DNA of 64,000 bases from Fimbriosthenelais zetlandica (Eukaryota). Below are positions 1 through 11,731 of this stretch, in pieces (position 1 is the stretch's first letter; the number at the start of each line of letters is the position of its first letter). Both the position numbers and the translations under genes were made by a program. The notes under the pieces were generated by a model. It did no database searches. It was not told the origin of the DNA and was given only the letters and a program-made list of their open reading frames with translations. Location of the stretch: NCBI GenBank assembly GCA_977030845.1, contig OZ365115.1, positions 28,830,001-28,894,000 on the forward strand. Direction: 5' to 3'.

Positions 1-2
1 AT

Positions 3-818
3 AAAGCAACCAATCCTGATGAAGGAAAAAAGGAAGGGCTTGCTTATGATGAAGGAACCTTCCTTAGTCACCCTCTCATTTCAGGCAGCTTGCCTGGTCT
101 TATTTCTAAGTTGAGTTCTGATATTCTCAGACTGGCTCAGGAATCAATTGCCGAGAGAGGTGTGTTCCATTTGGCCGTTGCTGGGGGTACCAGCCCCTTA
201 CCGTTATTTAAACATTTAGTCGATGAATACCAAACTGATTTTCCATGGGAGCAGACCCACCTATGGCAAACAGATGAACGCTGTGTATCTCCTGACTCCA
301 TACATTCTAACTTTGCTTCATTAAACAGTTATCTGTTACAGCATGTAACTGTACCCTACCAGAATATACACCCTATACCAGTACTACTACTGGATGAACC
401 ATGTGATCCAACTGATCATGTAGAGCAAATATACACCTCACAGATAGCTCGGATTATCCCAGATCATCGCATGGATCTCATACTCTTAGGACTGGGGAAA
501 GATGGTCATATTGCCTCATTGTTCCCTCATAGTGAAAGTCTAAGAAGTACTGGACTAGTGACATTCTCTCAGAGTTCCTCCACCAGTCTTATATCAAAGC
601 GGATAACTTTAACATTTGAAGCCATCAACAAAGCGAGGCATATTTCTGTTTTGGTTACCGGGGAGGGGAAAAGAGATATTGTGAGTTCTCTTAAAGGGGC
701 TACAGATGGGGATATAGGCCTAGATGAGTTCCCAGTACTTGGAATTAAACCTGAAAATGGCAGCATTAACTTCTATATGGACCAAGCTATATTACCTATA
801 GAAGAGACGAGTGACTGA
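3..818 (+). CDS. H6PD: Hexose-6-phosphate dehydrogenase (GDH/6PGL bifunctional ER enzyme), C-terminal 6-phosphogluconolactonase domain; 5'-partial terminal coding exon
   Basis: The frame is open from base 3 (KATNPDEG...FLSHPLISGSLPGLISKL) to TGA at 816-818. Motifs FHLAVAGGTSP, FPWEQTHLWQTDERCV, LLQHVTVPYQNIHPIPV, DLILLGLGKDGHIASLFP and RITLTFEAINKAR match the 6PGL fold. THLW..DERCV, QHV.VPY.NIHP and the upstream F.S.PL.S linker match the H6PD-fused type as I recall it, not stand-alone PGLS. Confidence 0.9.
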   Translation, partial: KATNPDEGKKEGLAYDEGTFLSHPLISGSLPGLISKLSSDILRLAQESIAERGVFHLAVAGGTSPLPLFKHLVDEYQTDFPWEQTHLWQTDERCVSPDSIHSNFASLNSYLLQHVTVPYQNIHPIPVLLLDEPCDPTDHVEQIYTSQIARIIPDHRMDLILLGLGKDGHIASLFPHSESLRSTGLVTFSQSSSTSLISKRITLTFEAINKARHISVLVTGEGKRDIVSSLKGATDGDIGLDEFPVLGIKPENGSINFYMDQAILPIEETSD

Positions 819-1116
819 ACGGATTGAAATGAGTATATATATAATGATTGAGGTATTAGTCTAATAATAAGAGAGAGTGCTTAGAATGTGCCTGGTGAAA
901 ATGAGCAAATGCAAATCTGTTTATATACCGTATACCTCGAGCATGGAGTAATGCTCCATACATTCCAAGCTAATTTAGAATTGAGCCAAATCTGTTCACA
1001 TTTCTATTCAAAAGACATTACATTAGGCCTCCATGGCAAGAAATTATTACAACATTACAATTTATATTGAGTATTTTCAGTAAAGTTTGAATGAAAGCTG
1101 TCCTTATCAATGGCAT

Positions 1117-1122
1117 AATAAA
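1117..1122 (+). terminator. Candidate polyadenylation signal of H6PD
   Basis: First AATAAA I found after the stop codon, ~300 nt downstream, followed by T-rich sequence. Confidence 0.4.
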
Positions 1123-4100
1123 CTAAATTACATAAAATGTCAACTGCATTTTATTCACTTATTTATGTAATAGCCTATAATAGTTTGTGGCTCAAAACTA
1201 ACATTCTTCGGAGACACACGTCATATTTGTTATAATATGTTTTCCCGGGTCAGATGCCACTGTCCCCCGGGCTTTTCCTGTCCCTTCCTCTCACCCAGTC
1301 TTCATCCCTTGTTTGTCAATTTGTATTATCTGACCTGACGTCCAGTCCCTCGAGATAACCATGGATACCGCCCTTCCCCGTTAGCAGACGACTTTTGACT
1401 TGAATCACTCAATTATCGCCCACGGATGACCGGGGGATTTGGATGGTAAATTGACTCTAAGGGCTGTTACTACATAAAAGCAGGAAAACTACGATGTTTT
1501 CCACCGAAATTTGCACCTCAATCCTTTTAAAGCGGTCCAATCATTTTTATGTTGTAGAGCGAGAGAGTTCAACTCTGGTTGATTGCTCTTTTGGTGGGGA
1601 GAACTAGGTGACTGGAACTTAAATTAATTCCCCAGATTTTCCCAGTCGATACCCAACCTGAATAACTTTAATCTAGGTGAAAGGGACTAAAGTTGGAACG
1701 CTTCACTTTGGTCGGTGATAGTGCCGCTTTAAATAACTATGGCTTTCATTTGACTGTAGCTTTTCCAGACTTTGCAGATGAGCTGCCTGCATGGGTGATG
1801 ATGCTAAAATGATACTGTGCAATGTACTATGTAGCTGGGACTCTTTTTAATGGAGATTTAAGTCTTTAATTGTAACTGCACAATGTTTTGAGACGTTATT
1901 CTGATTTCAGTAATGCACCAGCCAAATAGGTCTCAATTATTTCCTGGTTCCACATAAGGTGTTGCCTGCACCAAATACATAGAATTGTTTAAAAGGCATC
2001 GGGGACAGTTGGACAGGCCACTATGGGTAGAGATTATCTAAAGTAAATGAACATCATGGATGCATTAAGTCCATTGTCCACACTGATGTTTTAGGGGGGC
2101 GGAAGCAGGAGGTGCTAATGTTACTGAGCAAACAGGAGTCGATCATTCTCCATTGGACATGCATTCACAACCCCTTCCTCTCCCCTCCTATCTGAGATGG
2201 GTAGAAATGAAGCATATTATATCACGACTGACTCGAATTATGAAGTATCAGGGTAAAACAAGCAAGTGTTTCCTAAATCCTTCCCATGTTTTGTTTTTCC
2301 CCTTTCACTTTGTGTTAGGATATATGGGAAAAAAATCAGTGATTTCTGTCGGAAATATGATATAAGTGAATTTTGAGATGCTTTGGCTTTGTTAGTGTCT
2401 GCAATCTTAAAATATATCGGGCAATCTGACTATAGTTTGCAATAAAGTATTGTCTTGATTTGACAAGATGTCATAGAAAGGGGCAGAGATTTTCCATTAT
2501 GTGAACATAAAATGTAGGCCTGCCTGATAATTATACAAATGTACAAATTCATCTGTTCAGTCATTCTTCCTTCTTTCCTCTCTAGAATTATTTATATTTT
2601 ACATAACGTCTCCTTATCTGTACCCATTTATTAAAGCCAATAATACTAGGTACGAATCCTTATAGCCAGTAATATTTAGGACAAATTCCTCCATATAGAT
2701 TTACAAATATTATTAAGTCTTGCTAGAAAAAAAGCCTTATTGGATTCGCATGGGACTAAGGAGAGCTGTGCATTAACGTATAAATTACATGTAAACTACA
2801 TTACATGTACTTACAAATGACCCATATTCACATCTCAACAAATATTTCCATCACGCATTTACATTAAAGGCCTACCTCTACCTTGGAAAGGTTTATTCCC
2901 TCTCAAGTTCTTGACGTAATGAGCCAAAGTACGATCTATAGATTAGAGATGGGGATGAATACTATATACCTATATAACATTTGAGACAAAAATCATTGAT
3001 TTCAAGTGCGCATAATACGATCGTAGCGTTCCGTCTGGTAGCCTATTATTTTGGTATAATTTCAGAACAATTTTAGGCCCCGAAAATATCGGTTATTTTG
3101 ATTTCTTAGGCTAAGAAGTCAGTACATAATATATACCAAGTGATGGTAAGAATCAGCGACGGCCTGGACATCAGTATGACAGACAGGCCTTAATATACTA
3201 ATGGTACCCAATCAGCATTCACTGACCCCCACCATATAAATCATTGCTAGCCTTAATTAACTGGCTCATACCCCGCGGAAAAATATTTCCCAACCATGAA
3301 CAATCAATCAGCGGTACATACTATGGGTTTGTTATTTAATTATATAAAAAAATGAATAGTGCATACATGGCAAACGGAAATAATTAATATTTATTTACAC
3401 CAACTTGTTCTGTAAAGAAAGAATATTTATATATGCTCATGTCATATCAAACATATCAACAGAACTTGTTTGTTTTGATGTAAATTGAATACAAAATTTA
3501 AAAAAAACTGAATTAACTTCTAGGCAATTCTCCCAAATATACAAATATTTCCGTGGAAATTTAATTTCCCCATCGATGCTTCATTCTTTACCTCCATCTC
3601 TAATCCTAATAAGTTGATTTTAAATACGAACATGGAGCAACAAATATTCCAAGGATCCATTACAATCCCAAAGGCAACACCAAACTGAGAATCCTGTGAC
3701 TCTGCATACATAACTTATTTTGAAATGCATGGGTTTTTTTCAGGGGAAAACTTGTCCCAAGTTGATCCCTTTCTCTCTGTCTGTGCAGCTGTAGGGGACA
3801 ATGGGTAAGACTTGGATCAATGAGTTCTTGAGCACCCGAGACCATACCTTCATCCCATTCCCAAAGTCCCGAGAAAAATGATTTCTAGGGAAGGCAAATT
3901 TAGGGAATTTGGGTGGTTGACGAGCAAAATTACCCAGACTACTGCCCCTTTAATACAGATTCACATCAGCTTGCCACCTAAAAACTATGTTCTAGATGCA
4001 AGGGGAATGATCCTGAATGACTCTTTACTTTAGTGAAGATTTGATTCCGTCATTAGAATTTGTTATTGGATTCCAGCTGGGAATGACAGGCTATAATGGG

Positions 4101-5539
4101 GCAGATTTTACAATAACTGCAGTTAACATGTTAACATTCCATTGTTCGTGTCTCCAAAACATTTTTGTCAATATTCGTGTTTTCTGTGTTTGACTGCTCC
4201 AATTTTCACTGCTGTTGGACTTTAGGAAATGAAAGATATAATAATCTTTTACCTGATATCGTGGATGACTGCATGCAGTATGTAATTAATTTGAAATTAT
4301 ATTAATCAACTTAACACAGGTAAATTATGGCTCCATATGAATGGTTGCCTACTTGACTAGTAATCTTATTCCAAGTCAAACTGGAACCACTGAAAGAAAT
4401 TCAGATAATCTCGAATGTACCTGTCCTAAGAGAATTTCGCTCTCTTCCTGTGAAGACTTAAAGGGGGATAATAAGTCCCTATGGGAGCCATCAGATGGTA
4501 TTGTTGTTCCAATGCATGGTGGCTTGGCTGTTTCATTGGACCAAGCTAAAATAAAAAGCCAAATGCAGTCCACGTTAAATTAGAATTGCGATCAGGACAT
4601 GTATTTTCACGTTTTGAACCGTTAATATCCTAGAAGTTCGATGAGGGTAGATGGTTTCGAATTATGAGATCCTTCATACGTTTATTAAAAAAAGGTCATT
4701 TGGCCCCAGATGTACCTACCTGTCCATTTCATAACACCCTTTATTCCCATTCCCATAGAGTTTCTAAATTTTCTGAGATGGAAATACTGTGCCAACGGAC
4801 TGACAGTGTCAAGGCCTTTATTGAATGTATCAACATGACCCTGTCCATTCATATAAGGTGTCAGTCAGTCCGACCATGAGGGGACGTGCTTCACTGCGAT
4901 GGCATATCACTGTAGCCAGGCAAAGACTCTTGAATACTTAATACATGATCAACAGATCCATTTTCATAATGCATGCATTCATCATCCTTATATGAGGAGT
5001 AATTGGCAAGAATGATACAGACCTATAACACAGTATAGGCTATAGCAATGGTTTTCTAGTGAAATGACTAATATGACTAACATTTTGACAAATTGTTAAA
5101 TGACCAACAGCTATATAAATTCATCCTCAAGTTGTCACTAATATCAATAACAATTCCTTTAATATCTACTTCTTATTTCTTTTTATTCCTTTAATATCAA
5201 CTTTTATTACATGTTCAGTCCTGAACTTTTCCTAAGAATCGTTGATAGAATTTGGACCACTGGATATATCCACCTTATAATGGTCAAATTGAGCCTGACC
5301 TGCCACACCCCAGAATTAAACTGGTTATCCGTGACCTGCTGGACATTGGTCGTTGGCGATTAGTCTACATGTCCAGCTGTCGGACACCTATCCCCCTTAC
5401 TACTCCCTACAAACTCCATACCATTAGATAGGACTACAATCCAATCTAATGCACATCAAATTAAACCACCTATAGAACATGCATGCATGGTCTTAATGAG
5501 TTTAGAGAGGGGCAAGATTATGGAACAAATGTCACTTAC

Positions 5540-6090
5540 ACATCAGTTCAGTCATAGCTAATTGTCAATTGAAGGCACCAATTTCAAGTTTATCTAAAAA
5601 CCAATGAGTTTTTATTATACATTAAACGTACAGTTAGCTTTCATTGATTGAAAACAATCATCAGAAGCCCAGATTTACGGAATATCTCTTTTACTGGTCA
5701 CGAAGCCTTTGTGGGAGAAGCCAAGACTTTGATGTAGACGCTCAATTAGCTTACATGCAGCTTGGCAATAACCCAGGTTTTCTTTCACTTCAGCCAGGAT
5801 AGTTTAACTTTGAAGACCTCTACATTGAAGACCTCAGATTTGGCTAGAATAAGATATATCATGCATTCTGCCTGAATACAAGTTTTGATAGATAATCCAG
5901 ACAGTCAGAAAATGATCTCTTGGAGGCTATAAGCTACATGTATATAAGATTTCTGAGATCGTCTATGATATTTAGGATATATATCTAGTGAAACTGTATA
6001 GACTTATTGATGTTTAAGACATCAAATACTTTTTCCACATACTTATTTGTAAATAAATTACCATGTCCTATTTGGTGAGAACAACTGATC
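5540..6090 (-). ncRNA. Possible spliced non-coding transcript running leftward from the 6.1-kb promoter
   Basis: Minus-strand ATG|GTAATT donor (6064-6062|6061). Candidate exons are ~5871-5755 (cag acceptor, GTAAGC donor; stops in all three frames) and 5593-5540 (tttttag acceptor, GTAAGT donor; stop in the ATG frame). The evidence is splice signals only. Confidence 0.25.
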
Positions 6091-6099
6091 AAATGACCA

Positions 6100-6190
6100 T
6101 CACGCGTGACGCACCACACTTCCGGTGAGCACCGGAAGTGTGTCTAAGACTTCGTTACTACGCAAGGCATTATGGTTCTAGTCACATGAT
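6100..6190. promoter_or_regulatory. Housekeeping-type, probably bidirectional core promoter
   Basis: Palindrome TCACGCGTGA (6100-6109). Perfect 13-bp inverted repeat CACACTTCCGGTG-AG-CACCGGAAGTGTG (6115-6142) carrying two opposed ETS/GABP CCGGAAGTG sites. ACTAC..AAGGCATTATGG resembles the ZNF143-associated motif. CACATG E-box. Locally CpG-rich. Confidence 0.55.
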
Positions 6191-6248
6191 CAAGTGATGG
6201 GACATTGGTTTTCTGTATTTTGTCCGCTTTGAAGTTAAATTAAAGGAA

Positions 6249-6440
6249 ATGGAGCCTTCCGTAACTTGTTAAATGAGGACACTGTCGTCGGACTTGATGG
6301 CTATCTGACACTATCATGTACCAGTACCGTGATGTAAAAGCCAGACTGGTTTGAGAATTTTCCAACATATAAAAAGATCTTAAAATATAATCGTTGCCTT
6401 GATCTCAACATCAAGAAAAAGGGAATATTATCACATATAG
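6249..6440 (+). pseudogene. Possible decayed immunoglobulin-like domain fragment
   Basis: With one frameshift after MEPSVT it reads LLNEDTVVGLDGYLTLSCTSTVM*KPDWFENFPTYKKI...LDLNIKK, then (frameshift) REYYH. This resembles the Ig pattern P.VT..P.DT.V..G..LTL.C...W...L.I...G.Y.C. In-frame TAA at 6335-6337. Confidence 0.3.
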
Positions 6441-8432
6441 CTCCAGATACAAGTAACAATCACGCCTCAAGTCAAAACCAAGCGCAGGAATCCACCGGAA
6501 GGGGAGGTTCCATGAATACCCATTACAAATTCCCTCAGGTCTCAAAGCTGCAGTCATTAGAAAAGAGTTGATCTCCTCAGGGAAATAGAACTCTACTAAT
6601 GTAAAGGGGGTACAGAGTTGAAAGAACATGTGTTATCAGCTCCCAGCATCACTAACAAAGTAAAAAATACAAAAGAAAAGTGTCTTCTATAGCTGGTCTA
6701 ACGGGCCTAAGATGCTAAAGACAATTTTACACCAAGCAATGAATTGTCTGTAGATTTTTATCTCCTCATAGTGTGCATTCAATCACTGAAACTTGTACAT
6801 TTGGACCATATAATATGGATATACCTTATCATTATGTTTATTGTATACCGTCCAATAGTTTTGGAGGAGATGAGCTCCTTTTGGATTATCTGCCTCTCAA
6901 ACACTGAGAATCCTCTCAGACTGTAGATCCCAGGTAACCTGAGAGAAAGCTTCTGTTTGGGAGGATCAGACCACCACTTCCCCTCACTCAGTATAAAAGC
7001 ATTGATTTCTCACTGGATCTTCTGTTCCACCAGTGAGAATATCTTGTTTTTAAACTGCGTCAAGCAACAACAATCTTGCCCTTGGAGAACAAGTTTGAGT
7101 CACTGGGTGCTTTTCAGATGGATGTATGAAAAATGAAAAGCAAATTTTCATTTTTAAAACTATGCTGAATCATGAATGATAACTGTAGAATAAATTGCAG
7201 GAGATATTTTCATATTTACTGCGTATGCTTTGTGAGTAATGGTTGTGGAAGATGGGTTTACATTGACCTAGGTTATTGGATAAAAGCCCATACTGATTAA
7301 TGTACATGCATATTGATTATTGCCCGTCATTATGTTGACCACTTCCACGTGATGATTCCTTCCATCTAGTCCGAGCCTTTAAGAGATACCTCAAGCATAC
7401 ACCACCTAGCCTATTTTATGTTCCCAAATGAAATTGAAATTTATATTATCATACCATTGCACAACCATATATTAAGCTAAAGCATGTGCATGAAAATGAG
7501 AGAAAAGAGGTTACATGTATTTGTTTTTAGTGTGGGGTCTTTTCTTGTTTTGTTTCCAAAGTACAATGTATACGGTAAGCTTCAACATTTGCATTTTGTC
7601 TAAGAATCGTAATATACAGCCATATTAGAGCCTTAAGTTTTAATAATCACTGGCAGCAGCATATTTGGTTTCTTTTCAACTTTCAATATCTGCAATTGGC
7701 ATTCATCTTGAAGCCATATGGTCGACGTTCCTTATTCCTTCACTGCATCAAGACTGTTAAAATGAAATATATAAGTCCAATGTGCGAGGTGTTTAATAAT
7801 AGATGTTTATTCCAATCAGTAATCCCCACCCACTCAACCTAGACTCCTTTTTGTGTTTTGAAAATTAAGAAGACAGAGATGGGTAGAGTCACCACATGAT
7901 ATTTTCTATACCGGTAATACACTGTATACATGTCAATCAAGTTACTCTCTTCCGGTCAATATAATTCCAGTCCTTCTGGTGACAAATATACTAAACTTTC
8001 ACCTCTTAAGAAGGCCTCTGGATATTGAATTTCAAAATAAGATTTCTCTTGTTGTTCCTTCGCTCACTCTCAAGGGTTCAACTGCAGAATAGAACACACA
8101 GGGAAAACAATCGACAGACAGTGGACATTAGGAAGATATCTCTTCTCATTTAACTAAACAAATGGGGTAAATATACAGACAAGGAAAGAACAAGGGAATT
8201 AAAAGTATTGAGAATTGTGGAGATATTTCTACCAGGGACATCCATAACAGCATTGTAAGCTTATTTTCTAGAATGAGAAACTTTGTACCTGTTCCAAGTA
8301 AACATCCGTTACAATTTTGCTATTTTCCAACACTACGACCAATGAAGTAAAAGCTGAAGCTGATCAATGATTTGCAACAAACAAAACGAATTGATAACAT
8401 CAATTTTCAATCAATCAAAAGGTCTAATTTGT

Positions 8433-8438
8433 TTTATT
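8433..8438 (-). terminator. Candidate polyadenylation signal of the minus-strand prepropeptide gene
   Basis: AATAAA on the minus strand ~125 nt after the stop codon. Confidence 0.4.
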
Positions 8439-8487
8439 TCTAAAGTTCAAGAGGGATCCATAAAGATCACAGTTCATTGTCAGCACA

Positions 8488-8540
8488 TGACGTCAGGGCA
8501 AGAAGACAATGACGTCATGTGCATGCAATTTGTGACGTCA
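8488..8540. promoter_or_regulatory. Cluster of three perfect CRE (TGACGTCA) palindromes
   Basis: TGACGTCA at 8488-8495, 8510-8517 and 8533-8540, with 22- and 23-bp start-to-start spacing. Confidence 0.6.
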
Positions 8541-8561
8541 TGGTTTGTGATGGACTTTAGT

Positions 8562-8757
8562 TTACTTCCATCCAAGTTTAGAAAGGACCTTCTCTACTTG
8601 TTCCAAGTAGGCAACGGCACAGTCTTTCCTTCTGTTGGCGATATTCTGTCGGCATTCGAAATCGAATTCAGCGGAAAAGGATCCGCAATAACTGCATGCT
8701 GAGGATATGAGGTCATTCTCGATTGATGAACGCTTTTGTGGTGTCAGGGCACCCCTC
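8562..8757 (-). CDS. Secreted prepropeptide (neuropeptide/hormone-like), coding exon 3 (terminal)
   Basis: Acceptor cttttattcattttag| at 8758. Phase 2 completes AA|G (Lys). Reads (K)RGALTPQKRSSIENDLISSACSYCGSFSAEFDFECRQNIANRRKDCAVAYLEQVEKVLSKLGWK* with TAA at 8564-8562. This is the C-terminal part of ORF 8562..8978. Confidence 0.8.
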
Positions 8758-10149
8758 CTAAAATGAATAAAAGAGAATGTGTCAGAAATACATTCTACAA
8801 CAGTCAAAAAATAATAAAGAGGTGAATCTATGGAACAGTCCACGGGAGCAGGACCATTACCCTTTTCATATATGAATTTTTGTCTTTCAAATAGTTTTAT
8901 GCAACATTTATACATCCATATTGGGAGGATCACTGGCTCATGTGGTACAATGTCAGGCCATTGAAATTGTACAACCATAAGCTATTTCCATAGTTGTGCA
9001 ACGATGCATCTATTCTTTTGTTTCTCTTTTCACTGTGGTCAGGAAGTCGTCGAAAGACCAGTTTCGTTGTATCCTGATGCCACTTGTTGTATATTGATAT
9101 TGTTATATGCACCTCCTGAATAAATTAGATGTAACGAAACAAAAGAAAACGCATCCAATATGGCTAGTCCAAGACATTCTTCCCATTGATGTCTTATGAC
9201 CAGACTATGACTGGAGAGTGCTGAAAGCTTAAGGGATAACCACAAGATACGCGAGGCTCTTTCTGGCCAGAAATATCCATTGTATTATCTGAAATTGGGA
9301 ATATACAGTTGTCAGGCAGAAGTTGTCAGTCACCATTTGGTCTCAATAAAACTGAAGTAAAACCATGCCCTAAATCAAATGAGAAAGTGTAGTCATAGAT
9401 TTCCCCGATGGATTTTTTATGCTAAATATTCAGGGAAATGTCCTTTCTAACAACCTTTTATCAAATTGTCAGCGATGTCTGCAAAGCCGGATCCAGGGGG
9501 AGGATCAGGATCCCCTTTCAGAGTGTCAAAGATGATTTTGTGCCTCTCGATGAATACATTTTTACACCCGTCCCCTGGTAGGGCCTATAGGTATACTCTA
9601 ATCAAGTGCCCACCGGGAATCATTTGCCTTCTGATTCTTGCAGTGATTCCTAAAATACCATCAACCGGAAGTAAATCAATTGCTCCCTGACGAGCGGCCT
9701 TGTTGGCCAGCTATTACCAGGTTAAATAAAAAAGATTTTAAAAAATTCATGTTGCGTGGCTGGCAAGTGGCATAATGTAAACCCAACCCTCTCCCCTCCT
9801 GCGAGACACGGGTATGAAATTTGCAAGAATTTCAAGTGGTGAATATCTAGTAGATATCTCTACTGAGCTGGTACACTAATTGGGTACCCACCAGGGATCA
9901 TTGCCTTCTGATTCTTGCAGTGATTGTTGCAAGTGGAACTTGTCTACAATACCTTTAACGAAAAGTGCATCATTGTGGCCAGAAAATGAGACATTGCAAG
10001 AATCGGAAGGCAAAAGGCAGACTGTGCCACCCCAGTCCTTGTAGGTGACTGGCATATGTACCCCCACTATATTTGCTAAATTTATATATCATGGTGCTAA
10101 ATTTAGGTGGGCGGGTCAAAAGAAAGGCAACATTTACTACAGATATATT

Positions 10150-10830
10150 AAGGTGTGTTCCTATCCTTCTCTGGCAGCATTAAAGACACCTAGAAGTCCA
10201 TCTGTGAACTGGAGGAAATCATCAATATGTTTTATGAGTTGTGCTGCAAACTCATTAAAGTTTCCCTTTTTCATCTGACGTGTAAGGAGTGAGGTAGAGG
10301 ATGTTTCCTCAGCTATTCCCTCAAAAGGTGAGGTGACAGAGATTGATCATTTCCACCGTTGATTAGGCCTCCCTTAAAATCCCACCACTTCCACTTAATG
10401 GTTCTACTCAATGTCAAGATCTGTTTAGTGTTGAAATGTGTGCAGTTGCTTTCTTAAAGTTTTTCTTTCATAGTCTTTCGGTTAATTATTAGTGATAGGC
10501 ACCCAAGAAGTTCCTTCATTTTCTAGTATGATGATGGTCTACATTTTAATGAGATCTAAATAAGATTTTTGTATTAAATTGTGCAGGTTATTTGTGCACA
10601 TTTAAAGAGCGGTATCTTGAATTCTGATGAAATGTATTCCTCTTAGTCAGCCATTTTTCATGGAAGGTTAGAATCCATCAAGGTCACTCACAGTAAAAGG
10701 AATCTCAAATTGGGAGCTGAAGAACTGAGAGGAAAATGATACCATGCATAAAAAGAATTCGGCTTGATTTGAATATGTCCACACGAGATTGGAATGTTCT
10801 CAATCAGATCCTTTGACCATGGTGGGAATT
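10150..10830 (-). mobile_element. Highly decayed non-LTR retrotransposon (LINE) reverse-transcriptase remnant, in intron 2 of the prepropeptide gene
   Basis: Interrupted translations weakly recall the RT N-terminal region (EYISSEFKI ~ D.I.S..LK; KCRPSS...KMKELL ~ NYRPISL...K.ME; GFK.G). Many stops and frameshifts. Confidence 0.25.
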
Positions 10831-11334
10831 TTAGATCACAATAGCCAAGCTGTGCATTTTGAATTGAAGACCTTTATAGTAGTAAATTAGTTGTGTGTTC
10901 TTGGGACATTCTGAAATATTTTTCAGTGAGGTTTCTCCCATCTCCTCATAGGGCCTATATATGAGGCCTATCGATAACCCAAGATGTAAGTCCCAGAACG
11001 AACCCGATACACGCATACATGCATTATCTCATATGACCCGTTGTGCATTATTCCCATACATTTGCATAGTTTTATTGAGTAGGCCAAGGTGCTTTAAGAA
11101 AATCCTTTGGGAAATACCCTAATAATGCATACATTACATAAAGTAACTTTATGTGACCCTGCTTCTTGACTTGCATTATAGGTCGATGCTGGTGTCATAT
11201 ATACTTCCGATACCTACTTTGGTTGATTGCCGGCCCAGGTGTGTGCAAACGGAAAGGAGAATTGAAAAGAAAGAAAAGGAGATGTGTGGATAATGGCGTG
11301 GGAGGGTGAAGGAAGTCTGGAGTTGAATTAGTAG

Positions 11335-11731
11335 TTGTGTTATCACGTGTCCTTGCGTAGGCCTACTAAGTGTCGCCCTCCCTCATTTTGTATTTTATTA
11401 TTTTATAGAAGGAAAGAAGGAAGATGGGTGCATCTTTTAATTATGTCACAATGTGCCTTGTCCCCATGTATAATAGGCCTATCATATTTGTCACATTTTG
11501 TATTTCATTTATGTTTTAGAATGAAATAAGGTGAATATATAGGCCTACTGGTTGGAGAAAGATGGTTTAGTTATGTCGGAGTGTGCCTTGCTCCCAACAT
11601 AATAATTATAGGCCTATAGCTCCATACTTCCCACATTTTGTATTTTATACTAAAGTTTCTAGAATGAAAGCAGGAGGATAGGTGGAAAAAGAGGTTTAAG
11701 TAATGTCACAGTGTGCCTTGGCCCCACGTAC
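11335..11731. repeat. Degenerate tandem repeat, ~3 units of ~125-140 bp, abutting the exon 2 donor
   Basis: Recurring blocks gtgccttg...taggccta...cacattttgtatt...tagaatgaaa. A final partial copy (gtgtgccttggccccacgtac) contains the 5' splice site. Confidence 0.6.

Noticed and set aside
1794-1905. Plus-strand GTGATGA...CTGA as a C/D box snoRNA
   Set aside because: No terminal stem or recognisable rRNA antisense element, and it is not in an evident intron.
5660-5800. Minus-strand TILAEVKENLGYCQAACKLIERLHQSLGFSHK as a Tc1/mariner-like helix-turn-helix fragment
   Set aside because: The resemblance is short, bounded by stops, and has no DDE domain or terminal inverted repeats nearby; too weak to call.
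8758-8978. N-terminal part of ORF 8562..8978 as a single-exon protein
   Set aside because: A good acceptor at 8758 is in phase with the upstream signal-peptide exon, and the upstream part has intron-like composition.
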